The notes under the pieces were generated by a model. That model was not told where the DNA came from, did no database searches, and saw nothing but the letters and a program-made list of their open reading frames with translations. The translations under genes and the position numbers were made by a program. From Squalus acanthias (lineage: Eukaryota): a stretch of 64,000 nucleotides of DNA. The stretch lies in NCBI GenBank assembly GCA_030390025.1, contig CM059432.1, positions 7,192,001 through 7,256,000 on the forward strand, read 5' to 3'. Positions 13,371 through 24,630 of this stretch are shown here, one piece after another. How positions within the stretch are numbered: the first letter of the stretch is position 1; each line of letters starts with the position of its first letter.

Positions 13371-13723
13371 AGAAGTCGCACAACACCAGGTTATAGTCCA
13401 ACAGCTTTATTTGAAATCACAAGCTTTCGGAGCGCTGCTCCTTCGTCAGGTGAAGTGAAGAGATGCATATAGGCACAGCATATATAGTCAGAGAACACTG
13501 CCAGATGATTACAGTTCTAAGGGCAGTTAGAAAGATTAACTGTAATCATCTGGCAGTGTTCTCTGACTATATATGCTGTGCCGATATGCATCTCTTCACT
13601 TCACCTGACGAAGGAGCAGCCGCTCCGAAAGCTTGTGATTTCAAATAAAGCTGTTGGACTATAACCTGGTGTTGTGCGACTTCTCACATTTGTCCACCCC
13701 AGTCCAACACCGGCATCTCCGCA
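13371..13723. mobile_element. Palindromic PLE-type insertion, family A, with two opposed hammerhead motifs (13417-13453 minus, 13601-13638 plus)
   Basis: TSD tcactgataaatccg at 13356-13370 and 13724-13738. Inverted arms of about 146 bp (13371-13516 and 13538-13685). Splits a CR1 3' fragment. Confidence 0.85.
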
Positions 13724-15205
13724 TCACTGATAAATCCGGAAGGGATTTCAGGAGAAACTTCTTTCCCCAGAGAGTGGTGAGAATGTGGAACTCGCTACCG
13801 CAGGGAGTGGGTGAGGCGAGTTGCATGGATGCATTTATGGGGACGCTGGATTAAGTACATGAGGGAGAAAGGAATAGATGGATATGTTGATAGGGTGAGA
13901 TGAAATAGGGTGGGAGGAGGCTCGTGTGGAGCATAAACACCGGCATGGACCAGTTGGGCCGAACAGCCTGTTTCTGCGCTGTAAATTCTATGTAATACTC
14001 TCCCACGTTTATTCAATAAAAGCAGTATTTCTCGGTTTGCCTAGGATTCCGTCACACAAGCAATTCTCAGTTTGATCTTTTCTTTGAATCTGTAGTGCCT
14101 GAGGTTTTCAATTACTTAATCTGATTCCACTATTTGTAAGGTAGTTTGGCACTATTAGCTAAAGTTACTTATTTTACAAGGACTATACATCAAGTATCAC
14201 TTTCTATATATATTTTTAAGATTATTAAAAGCTACATGTTGATTGGCAAACAAACCAGAGACGAAACATGGAATCTTCCTTCTCCGTATGGCTCAGTAAC
14301 ACACCACCAGTAAATATTTTACATGCGTGATGGCAGCATTCCAAATCCTTGACAATTGCAATGATATTTTAGTCTTAGAAACATAGGAACAGGAGTAGGC
14401 CATTCAGCCCCTCGAGCCTGTTCCGCCATTCAATTAGATCATGGCTGATCTGTATCTTAACTCCATTCACCCACCTTGGCTCCATATCCATTAATACCCT
14501 TATCTAAAAAAAAAATCTATCTCAGTTTTGAAATTTTCAATTGACCTCCAGCCTCAACAGCTTTTTGAGGGAAAGAGTTCCAGACTTCCACGACCCTTTG
14601 TGTGAAGAAGTGCTTCCTGACTTCTTGCGATACTGTGCTTTGCAGGAAGAAATCATTTCCTGAAAAAAAGTTTTTAAACTAAGCTTAATTAGTCCATGGA
14701 ATATTACATCTCTAATAAATATAGCTTTACATAAAATGTACAGCACAGAAACAGGCCATTCGGCCCAACTGGTCCATGCCGGTGTTTATGCTCCACACGA
14801 GCCTCCTCCCACCGCTCTTCATCTGACCCCATCAGCATAACCTTCGAATTCAATAAATGGGAGGAAAAATGCATAGACGTTTATTTGTTGCTTTCCTCCC
14901 CAAAAGGCTCAGTAGTTTTATCCGGCGAGTTGCTGGTTTGTACAGACCAGGAGAATCCCACACTTGATTCCTGGTCTCTGTGAACTTCGCAGAACTTAAC
15001 TGGGGCACATCAATCAACCTCAGCGCCACCGTGTCAGGAAGAGGGAAATCAGCTTGGATTTCTACTCCTGTTAGTTCGAGGATCGTGCTTGGTAGCAAGC
15101 CTTTGTGAACTTGGGATGAGAATAGAAACATGATACTCCTTCTCTCCCCTTCCTCCTCTACCTCACGGACTCAACACTGTTAAAGCTCACACATGAATAA
15201 ACAAA

Positions 15206-15412
15206 TGTGAGAAGTCGCACAAGACCAGGTTATAGTCCAACAGTTTTATTTGAAATCACAAGCTTTCAGAGCGCTGCTCCTTCGCCAGGTGAAGTGACGA
15301 AGGAGCAGCGCTCCGAAAGCTTGTGATTTCAAATAAAACTGTTGGACTATAACCTGGTCTTATGCGACTTCTCACATTTGTCCATCCCAGTCCAACACCG
15401 GCATCTCCACAT
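15206..15412. mobile_element. Palindromic PLE-type insertion, family A
   Basis: Flanking direct repeat catgaataaacaaa at 15192-15205 and 15413-15426, partly overlapping the element ends. Inverted arms of about 90 bp. Both hammerhead cores are damaged. Confidence 0.8.
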
Positions 15413-16829
15413 CATGAATAAACAAAACAAACAAACAGCTTTCACGACCTCAGGACGTCCCAAAGCGCTTTACAATCCAATGAAGTACTTTTGAAGTGTA
15501 GCCACTGTTGTAATGTAAGAAACACAGCAGCCAATTTGCGCACAGAAAGGTCCCACAAACAGCAAATGAGACAATGACCAGATCATCTGTTTTTATTGCT
15601 GTTGGTTGAGGGATAAATATTGGCCAGGACACTGGGAAGATCTCGCCTGCTTTTCTTCAGAATAGTGCCATGGGTTGTTTTATATCCACCTGGGAAGCCA
15701 GACAGGGTCTCGGTTCAACGTCTCACCCGAAAGACGGCACCTCTGACAGTGCAGCACTCGCTCAGTACTGCACCGGGAGTGTCAGCCTAGATTTTGTGCT
15801 CAAGTCTTTGGAGTGGGACTTGAACCCACAACCTTCTGACTCTGAGGCAAGAGTGCTGCCCATTGAGCCACGGCTATGGCCAGCTGGTCAAGGTACTGGA
15901 GGGTAACTGGTGTTTGAGGAACCATACCCCAGGAGGGGAGGCAAGTAAACAATGGAACACTTACTCGTGCTGATGTTTAAAGAATATGGCATTAATCTTT
16001 CCTATAGTTATCCTGAAAACCTTTTGTTTTTGTGACTCATTTTTGCATTTCATATTTGAAATCCTGACTTACTGTGTGCTAGTTACATTTGGGCTCAGCC
16101 ATTACTTAGGATGCCCTATTGAGGCAATGATATTACACAGGGGTCACCGTAAATTGATATCTGAAACTGTAGAAAGGTGTGCTGAGTTTATTAAGCGACT
16201 GCAATTTATAAAGCATTAACAACCAGAAGACAATAATGCAGGTCTGAAGTGTCCACTCACAGGCTGATGTAACCTAGAGCCCTGAGCCTGTGTGATACTG
16301 GAGGAGGAAAAACTCACTTTATCCATTTGACTCAACCTCACATGTGTTTTGAATACTAAACTTATGTTTTTTATTTGTTTTAATGGTGCAATTCTGTTGA
16401 TTTAGTTTAAAGATTAGCCTGCGACCATAATAAGTAATGGATATATTTGGGAAGAGAAATCGTTTCTCATAACGATGCTGCTCAGAAATACTATCCAAGG
16501 GAAATTATCATACTTGAATGTTGAGCTAATGTAGTTGTCATAGTATATAGAAATTAACAATTGTTGCTGCGGTCGTGTTTGTACTGTTATTTAGAAAGGC
16601 TCCCCCCCCCCCCCCTTGCAGGAGTACAGCTGCCTTCCCTTAGCGCTTCTGAGACTTAGCTTTATATATTTTAATTTTTGTCACCGTTTGTATAGCTCTG
16701 CCTTTCACGTCATTTGCCGTTAAAGAGATGAATATCCCTATCAGTCTGTTCCAAACACATTACATCATTTCAGCACCACGTTGCTGCCTGGGTTAAGTAG
16801 AAGTAAGAATCTTGTCTTTATTGCTCTAG

Positions 16830-16932
16830 GTATTTTACATGGAGCTGGACTCTGTCAACTTCCCAGGCAAAGGTTTCACCCTACTGAGCAGCAGGCTGAC
16901 CAGGCCCCAAACAGCCACCTCAAATACGTCTG
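16830..16932 (+). CDS. VPS13B: VPS13B coding exon (103 bp), absent from the ORF track
   Basis: ttgctctAG acceptor and GTAAGA donor. Manual translation GILHGAGLCQLPRQRFHPTEQQADQAPNSHLKYVW bridges the flanking exons in frame and resembles human GILHGAGLSQLP...DQAPNSHVKYVW. Confidence 0.93.
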
Positions 16933-17127
16933 GTAAGAATATTCTGGCAGTCAGTCATTTTTACGATGGCATTATTCATTACATTGCTCTGGCTTTGTAT
17001 CAAACTAGCAGGTCATTTATCTTGGAAAGGTTTGTTTCTTACATGAAATGTTTCAGTTCTGGAATTTTAAATAAAAATTTTTTTTTTTTTATAACTGGTA
17101 TCTGTTCAACATTTTGCATTCTGACAG

Positions 17128-17377
17128 GAAAATGCTACAGTCTTTGGGCAGGCCTGAAGTTTTTATGGCCTTGGGCGTGGTCATCGTGAGCAACTCTGGC
17201 CAGGAGTACGAAGGGTGCCTGCTGCTCACCTCCGAGGTACTGTTTGTGGTCAGTGTCAGCGAGGACACGCAGCAGCAGGCGTTCCCAGTCACGGAGATTG
17301 AGTGCCGCCTGGATCCAAAGAAAGACAACTTGCTCCAAGTCGTGCTCAAGCAGCAGAGGGTATCGTATGACGCAGAG
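17128..17377 (+). CDS. VPS13B: VPS13B coding exon (250 bp)
   Basis: ctgacAG acceptor and GTAAGG donor. Encodes KMLQSLGRPEV...GCLLLTSEVLFVVSVSEDTQQQAFPVTEI...VSYDAE. Confidence 0.95.
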
Positions 17378-18503
17378 GTAAGGCGCCACCCTTTTCTACA
17401 ACTGAAGTGGGACTGTTCCAGGAAATGGGCAGTTTTGGACCCTTATTAAAGGCAGCCTATTTATCCTTCGAGAAACATTTCCAAACAGCCACGACTTTTA
17501 AATCGCAAATCTCTGTATTTCTGTCGTTGAAAATTCAGACAAGTCTTTCGCAGAATCACAGAATAGTGCAGCACATTCGGCCCATCGAGTCTGCGCCGGC
17601 TCTTTCAAAGAGCAATCCAGTTAGTCCCACTCCCCCCCGGCTCTTTCCCCATATCCCGGCAATTTTTTCTCCAAGTATTTATCCAATTCCCTTTTTTATT
17701 TTATTTAAATTCCCAATTTCATTCACATTAACGCAAGATATCCTCTTTTTGTTAAGACACATATCCCTGGTGTCAGCCAACACAAATTTAAAAAAAAAAT
17801 GTTCCATATATTGCAAACTTCAAGCAGCTCTTTACATTAACATTTTGTATGCACAAACTTGTTCAGATGCCATTCCTTTCTCCACTATTTGATCAGTTTA
17901 CAATAAAATTACAGACATGTCACATGAACCCATTAAGTGTAATTTTTAAGCTTTTGTTTCCTCCTAGATTTCTTTTGATGTAAGTGAAGAAGTTATTAGT
18001 AATGAATTAGAGGGGAAGTTGTTATAATATTGAATTTAATCTCTAAACTAACCAATGTGCTTTCAAGGTTGTAACAACCTGTCCCCCGTTATTGAAATTG
18101 AGTCATCAAAAATTGACTCTTGTATCTGCATCTTGCAGCGACTCTCCAAATTAACTGACCAACCAATATAACTTCCTGTATCTGTTGAGTCCCATATTAA
18201 ACCTACAATGGCTTTAAGTGATTATCATTAATATATTATTATTGACCAATTGTGCCACTCCCACTGCTTTCAATCTGACGATTCCACTAATTGTGCCATA
18301 AAAATAAATGCTGTCCATGCTGCTGACATCAATTTATACCATTAACCAGTGGAATGGTTACTTTAACAAGAGAAGGTAGTATTAACTTGGTCCAACTTAA
18401 GGTACAGATTTAAAGATTTCATATAAATATATATAATTGTGTAGAATGGGCCTATACTCTCTGGAGTTTAGAAGAATGAGAGGTGATCTCATTGAAACAT
18501 ACA

Positions 18504-19330
18504 GAGCTGAATTTTGCCTGCGCTCAGAGTGCGGGTTTGGAGGCGGGTCCGCTGTCAAAATCACAAAAATTGACAGCGGGTCGGTATCCCGCTGTAAACC
18601 CGCCTCCTTGTCAGTTTCCCAAGTGTCGGGTCATCCAATCTAGATAGTTAGAAGCTTATTAAAAGGTAGTTAAGAACCATTTTCCCATGTACTTAACATT
18701 TTACCAGGTTTAAAATGAGGTTCCTGGAGAGCGGCTATCACGTCAGGTAAGTATGTCGGGTTCTCAATGACTGTGGATTGCTGTGAATAGGTGAAAGCTG
18801 CAAAAGTGGTCTAAAACCTACCATTTCACAGCTGGTCACTTCCCAATCTTAGAAGCTGGAGCATTAATGATTTGGAACTCACTTTTGAGCTTTATGCACT
18901 TTTGAAGTGTTTGGAGTAATCTCTCTATCCACTGTCACCTCCTTGGAACAACCTATCTCAACATTGACAGATTACATCTGTCATCTCAACCTCACCTGCC
19001 ATCTATTCCATCAGCATCGGTGCCCTTGAAAAAATCTCACCTTGGTCCTCAGAATCCCAACACGATCAGCCCCAACACCACCATCACCGGGCACACCAGC
19101 AGCGCCAACATCCACACCAGCCTTCTCCGCAATCAACTGATGTGCACAGGACACATGACATCATCACCCATGCACATTGCTGCCCGGGACACCAGGGATG
19201 GCCTCACCATGTCCAGATTTGCTTCACTTAACACTGTACACCCTGACTGCCACATGATGCACCACCCCACACCAGCACCATAAAGCATCCCTACAATGTC
19301 CAAGCCATTGCCATTGACAGCTGCTTTGGT
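18504..19330. mobile_element. Partial second copy of the Harbinger-type element (opposite orientation)
   Basis: 19020-19310 is the reverse-complement homologue of about 40030-40340 (HLGPQNP..ISPNT.ITGHTSS in both ORF translations). Confidence 0.7.
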
Positions 19331-20306
19331 GTGCCTTCAATAGCACCTGGGACCTGACTTTCCCTAGGCTCCAAGACTAGCTGTTGGAGATGCAGAACGT
19401 GCAAGTGAGAACAGGTTGCATAGACTAGGCTTGTATTCCCTTGACTATAGAAGATTAAGGGGTGACCTAATAGAGATGCTTAAAGGAGTTGATCGATAGA
19501 GAGAGAGAAATTATTTCCTTTGGTGGGGGTGTCCAGAACAAGGGGGCATAACCTTAAAATTAGAGCTAGGCCGTTCAGGGGTGATGTCAGGAAGCACTTC
19601 TTCACACAAAGGGTAGTGGAAATATGGAAATCTCTCCCCAAAAAGGTGTTGAGTCTGGGGGTCAATTGAAAACTTCAAAACTGAGATTGATAGGTTTTTG
19701 TTAGGCAAGGGTATTAAGGGTTACGGAACCAAGGCAGGTGGATGGAGTGAAGATACAGATCGGCCATGATCTAATTGAATGGCGGAACAGGCTCGAGGGG
19801 CTGAATGGCCCTCTCCTGTTCCTATGTTGCTAACAGCCTTCCAATGGACGAGATAGGGACCATAGCGTGCGGTGAATCTTGAAAGAGGGATAGTGGCACT
19901 CGGGTATCTCGAGTCTTCACTTTACACTTGTACACCCTGCACTACAGCATTGAAATAAAAATGCTTTTAGTTAAAATGTCAAATATTGAACCTTCAAAGA
20001 GAGATTTTCTAAGCCATCGCATGTACCGAGGTACCTCCAGCAGCATCAAGCATTGTGAGGACATCATAAGAAAATCGTGGGCAATTTTCCAATGTGTTCT
20101 GGCAGCGTTGGGGTACCTTGCTGCATGTGAGAACTCAGTAAGATATACCCTTTAGTGGCATCACTAGTGTGTTGATACGAGGTATAGGTTCGAAGCGATA
20201 ACCATGTGCTTCTCTCAACAATCCTTGGACCCACTGAGATCAGTAACCCAGTGGAACAGTTTAATTAAAATACAATTTTTTTTTAAATAGTGAACATCAA
20301 TGCCAC

Positions 20307-20965
20307 AAACAACAACAACTTGCATTTATATAGCATCTTGAAGGTAGTAAAACGTCCCAAGGCGCTTCACAGGAGCGACTATCAGACAAAATTCGATAGC
20401 GAGCTACATGAGATATTAGGGCAGCTGACCAAAAGCTTGGTCAAAGAGGTAGGCTTTAAGGCGCAGCTTATAAGAGGAGAGAGAGGTTTAGGGAGGGAAT
20501 TCCAAAGCTTGGGACCCAGGCAGCTGCAGGCACGGCCACCAATGGTGGAGCGATTAAAATTGGGATGCGCAGAAGGCCAGACTTGGAGGAGCGCAGAGAT
20601 CCCGAAGGGTTGTCGGCAATGTTCCTCCTAATTTCTTTTTGGGTGCGTGGCCCATTCACAGTTTCGCACATGCTCGAAATTGAATATTGGAAAAGGCGGT
20701 CCCAGGCTGCACGGGACCAGCAGAGAGCTGCGCAGCTTAGAGGAAACGTTGGTTGTAGGGGCTGGAGGAGGTTACAGAGATAGGGAGGGGGGGGGCGAGG
20801 CCATGGAGGGATTTGAAAACAAGGATGAGAATTTTAAATTTGAGGCGTTGCCGGACCGGGAGCCAGTGTAGGTCAGCGAGCACTGGGGTGATGGGCGGAC
20901 GGGACTTGATGGGAGTTGGGATACAGGCAGCAGAGTTTTGGATGAGCTCAAATTTACGGAGGGTG
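20307..20965 (-). mobile_element. L2-type LINE 3' fragment
   Basis: Homologous to 34910-35282, whose translation includes LRSSNSGLL and GGRAFSC, and ends in a (ttg)n tail on the minus strand. Other copies: about 4095-4345(-), 8880-9140(+), 34910-35282(+), 45150-45237 plus 46506-46985(+), 60838-61300(-). Confidence 0.75.
20617..20751. mobile_element. hAT-type MITE inserted in L2
   Basis: TIRs caatgttcctcctaa / ttagaggaaacgttg and 8-bp TSD gttgtcgg / gttgtagg. A related end (ttagagggaacgttg) is at about 43121-43135. Confidence 0.75.
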
Positions 20966-21500
20966 CAAGGTGCAAACCTTCTGTTGCACGCTCACTTTTT
21001 TTGAACTTTGAGCGTGCGAAGTGTCAACTGCTGAATTGCTAATAACAGTTTCATGCATTTAGCCATGTACTATGTGAAGGGGATCCTACTGCTGCTATGC
21101 TATTCCAGTAAACCAAGGCTGCAGTTTATAATCGCATCATCTTCTGTAAATGGAAGACGTATCAATGTATTCTTCTTAGCCATGAAACAGCTTACCAAAC
21201 AAAGGAAATACAATGAAACCTGTAAATTACGGACACCTTAGGGACTGGCATCAGCTGGTCTATTTTTTTTCCAGGTGTCCTTATTTTCAAAAATGGTCAT
21301 TGTCTGCACTGTAAAAATTTTCAGTTGAATGAGGAGTTCTTTGCCCAGCATCCATAGTGGCAGAGAAACCGCTCTATCCTATGTTCTGCCTCATCACCTT
21401 TTCCTTCCCTAAAACATGCTTGCATTCCTATTTAAAAAAAAAAAAAAATCCTGATTTCCAGTATTGGCAGTTTTCCTTTTTATAATATTGAAACATAATA

Positions 21501-21663
21501 GGGGTCATTTTGACTTTGGTCGATAGTGTGAAATGGGCAATATCGATTCAACTGCCTGTTGAAACACCTCTCCTGATTTTCATTTCCGTTGGAGAGATGC
21601 ATAACGGGCGGCTGAATTGGTACCGCCCGTTTTATACTATCACCCAAAGTCTAAATTACCCCC
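21501..21663. mobile_element. Small MITE with imperfect TIRs
   Basis: ggggtcattttgactttgg...gatagtgt versus atactatc...ccaaagtctaaattacccc. A similar MITE lies at 11540-11719. Confidence 0.6.
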
Positions 21664-22333
21664 AATGCGTTCAAAAAATAGGGAATTCAGGAGAAACTTC
21701 TTTACCCAGAGAGTGGTTAGAATGTGGAACTCGCTGCCACATGGAGTAGTTGAGGCGAGTTGCATGGATGCATTAAGGGGAAGCTAGATAGTACACAAGG
21801 GAGCAAGGAATAGAAGGATATGCTGATCGGGTCAGATGGAATAGGGTGGAAGAAGGCTCACGTGAAGCATAAACACGTGAAGGATACTACACAGCTAACT
21901 GGCTTGTTTCTGTGCTGTAAATACTATGTAATTCTATGTAAAGATAAATGTAATAAAGACTGAGAGGTAGCATGAAAGCGATCCTGGCATTCCCGTTGTA
22001 TTGGACAGTCTCAGGATAAGGGGTCGACCATTTAGGACTGAGATGAGGAGAAAAATTCTTCGCTCAGAGGGTGGTGAATCTTTGGAATTCTCTACCCCAG
22101 AGGGCTGTGGATGTTCAGTCGTTGAGTATATTCAAGACAGAGATCGATAAGTTTTTGGACACTAAGGGAATCAAGGGATATTGAGGATAGGGCAGGAAAG
22201 TGGAATTGAGATAGAAGATCAGCCGTGGTCTTATTGAATGGGCGGAGCAGGCTCGAGGGGTCGAATAGCCTACTCCTGCTCCTATATTTCTGATGTTCTT
22301 AAAGCTGACATGGTTCTTTATCTCTTGTTTTAG

Positions 22334-22582
22334 GGTGATGGCATCCGAGAAAGACTTTCTGAACAGCAGTATGATCGACTGGTGGATTATGTCACAAGAA
22401 CGTCACATTACATTGTTCCCAGCAGCGCAGCCCTGGCGCTGGCTGCTCAAGTAGTTGTTGCCGATCCTCCCGCCACCCGGACCAAGACTTACCAATACTT
22501 GGTTGATCACCACTACGGAAGTGTCTTTGTGAGCAAGTTTTCTATGGTGAAAAACAAGGCACTACGAAAGGGATTTCACTAG
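22334..22582 (+). CDS. VPS13B: VPS13B terminal coding exon
   Basis: ttgttttAG acceptor. Encodes GDGIRERLSEQQYDRLVDY...FVSKFSMVKNKALRKGFH then TAG, matching the VPS13B C-terminus (human ...KNKALRKGFP). Confidence 0.96.
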   Translation, partial: GDGIRERLSEQQYDRLVDYVTRTSHYIVPSSAALALAAQVVVADPPATRTKTYQYLVDHHYGSVFVSKFSMVKNKALRKGFH

Positions 22583-22970
22583 TCATAAATGAGCGGCAAT
22601 GACGAAGATAATTTTTTTTTTAGTGATGACCTTTTTCTGATGAAATAGCTTTGACATTCAGCTCTTGGGTAGCGTCGGTTGAGTGCAGCGCAACCCTTTC
22701 ATAAGAACCTTTAATGAAAGCAAATGTGATCCGGGTCAGTTCGTTTACGTAATTTAATTAATTCGCCTTTCTCAATAATGACTGTAGTTAAATCAACTAT
22801 GTAAATACTGTGTTTAAAGAAAGGGGTGTGGCCACTAATGCTGATAGACTTTTAGGTGCCCTGGAGCTGTGAGGCAACTTTGTTAAGTGCTGTCACTAAC
22901 GAGATTTTATTATTCTCTAATGCTTACTTCAGCAAAAGAATTGTTAATATAACTGAAAATATTTAAGGAG

Positions 22971-22976
22971 AATAAA
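22971..22976 (+). terminator. Candidate polyadenylation signal of VPS13B
   Basis: First AATAAA I found after the stop codon, about 390 bp into an AT-rich 3' UTR and just before repeat sequence resumes at 23082. Confidence 0.5.
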
Positions 22977-23984
22977 TTTTAAAGTCGGGATTGCATGGTG
23001 CCATTTTATTTTGCTTCCTAGTTTGACATGTAAACAACCAGTTATTAAAAATGAATCTTGCAGGTTAATATTTTAGATAAAGGGCTGGATTTTCTCAATG
23101 GAGACGTACTGGAGGCGGGACTTCTGGTTTCCGGATTTCAGTCCCGCCCCCAGTGACGTCTGACCAACCCATGCTATTTTCCCTTGATTGGCCTTGTTAA
23201 GCCCGCCTACCGGCCAATTAAGGGAAAGCTGGTGACAGATGACGCCAGCGTATTACGCTTCATCTGTCGAAACATTTTTGACAGATGAATTGTCACTGAC
23301 AATCTCTGTTCTAAGGTGAGCCCTTGCACACAGGCTCACTAAGACCTCTCTCCTCAGCAGAAAGCAGATGGCTGCAGCATCTGAGAATGCAGCAGCCATT
23401 CTGTCATCTCTGCCGTTGAGATGAGGCACCTCCGGATCCTCAAAGGTTGAAGCCTGCAGAAAGAAGCAAAGGTAAGGAAACTTTTTCCAACACTTTACGC
23501 TCACCTCTCATACTTACCTGTCCACACTTGCACCCATCACTCACCTGTACAGCTGACATTTCGACCCCTCTCACCCCCGCAGACCCACTGCTCGCCCCGC
23601 TGACCCTGGCGGGGTTTCCCGCCGTCGGGAAGCCCGCATCAGCAGGCTGAAAATAGGGAAAAGCCTCTAAACTGCCTGTTAGCTACCTGTTAACAGGCAG
23701 TTAATTGGCTCTAATCCCCTTCCCGCCACTAGGAGACGGGTCCCTGCGCAGGTTCCTCTTTACTTATGAAACCCTTCATCAATTTGAACGCCTCTGTTAA
23801 ATCTCCCCTTAACCTTCTCTGCTCTAAGGAGGACAATCCCAGCTTCTCTAGTCCCTCATCCCTGGTACCATTCTGGTAAATCTCCTCTGCACCCTCCACA
23901 AGACTTTGACGTCCTCCCTGAAGTGTGATGCCCAGAATTGGGCTCAATACTCTAGCTTGGGCCTAATCAATGATTTAAGAAATA

Positions 23985-24630
23985 AGAGCAGGAGTAGGCC
24001 ATACGGCCCCTTGAGCCTGCTCCGCCATTCAATAAGGTCATGGCTGATCATCCACCTCAACTCCACTTTCCTGCCCAATCCCCATATCCCTTGATTCCCC
24101 TAGAGTCCAATAATCTATCTATCTCAGCCTTGAATATACTCAATGACTCAGCATCCACAGCCCTCTGGGGCAGAGAATTCCAAAGATTCACAACCCTCTG
24201 AGTGAAGAAATTCTTCCTCATCTCAGTCTTAAATGGCCTACCCCTTATCCTGAGACTATGGCCCCTAGTTCTAGACACTCCAGCCAGGGGAAACAACCTC
24301 TCAGCATCTACCCTGTCAATCCCCCTCAGAATCTTGTATGTTTCAATGAGATCACCTCTCATTCTTCTAAACTCCAGAAAGTGTAGGCTCTTTCTACACA
24401 ATCTCTCATCATAGGACAGCCCTCTCATCCCAGGAATCAATCTCGTGAACCTTCGTTGCACCGCCTCCAAGGCAAGTATATCCTTCCTTAGATAAGGAGA
24501 CTAAAACTGTGCACAGTACTCCAGGTGTGGTCTCACCAAAGCCCTGTACAATTGTAGCAAGACTTCCTTACTCTTATACTCCAACCCCCTTGCAATAAAG
24601 GCCAACATGCCATTTTGCCTTCCTTATTGC
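23985..24630 (-). mobile_element. CR1 LINE 3' fragment
   Basis: ORF 24057-24470: VQRRFTRLIPGM...RGDLIETYKI...FFTQRVVNLWNSLP. Confidence 0.9.

Noticed and set aside
13371..13723. Palindromes as CRISPR repeats, pre-miRNA genes or classical MITEs
   Set aside because: Eukaryotic context with no repeat-spacer periodicity. Arms are asymmetric with variable turning points and variable-length TSDs, which fits PLE-type retrotransposition.
16839..17189. 116-aa ORF overlapping two VPS13B exons
   Set aside because: Wrong frame. The real exon 16830-16932 reads in another frame.
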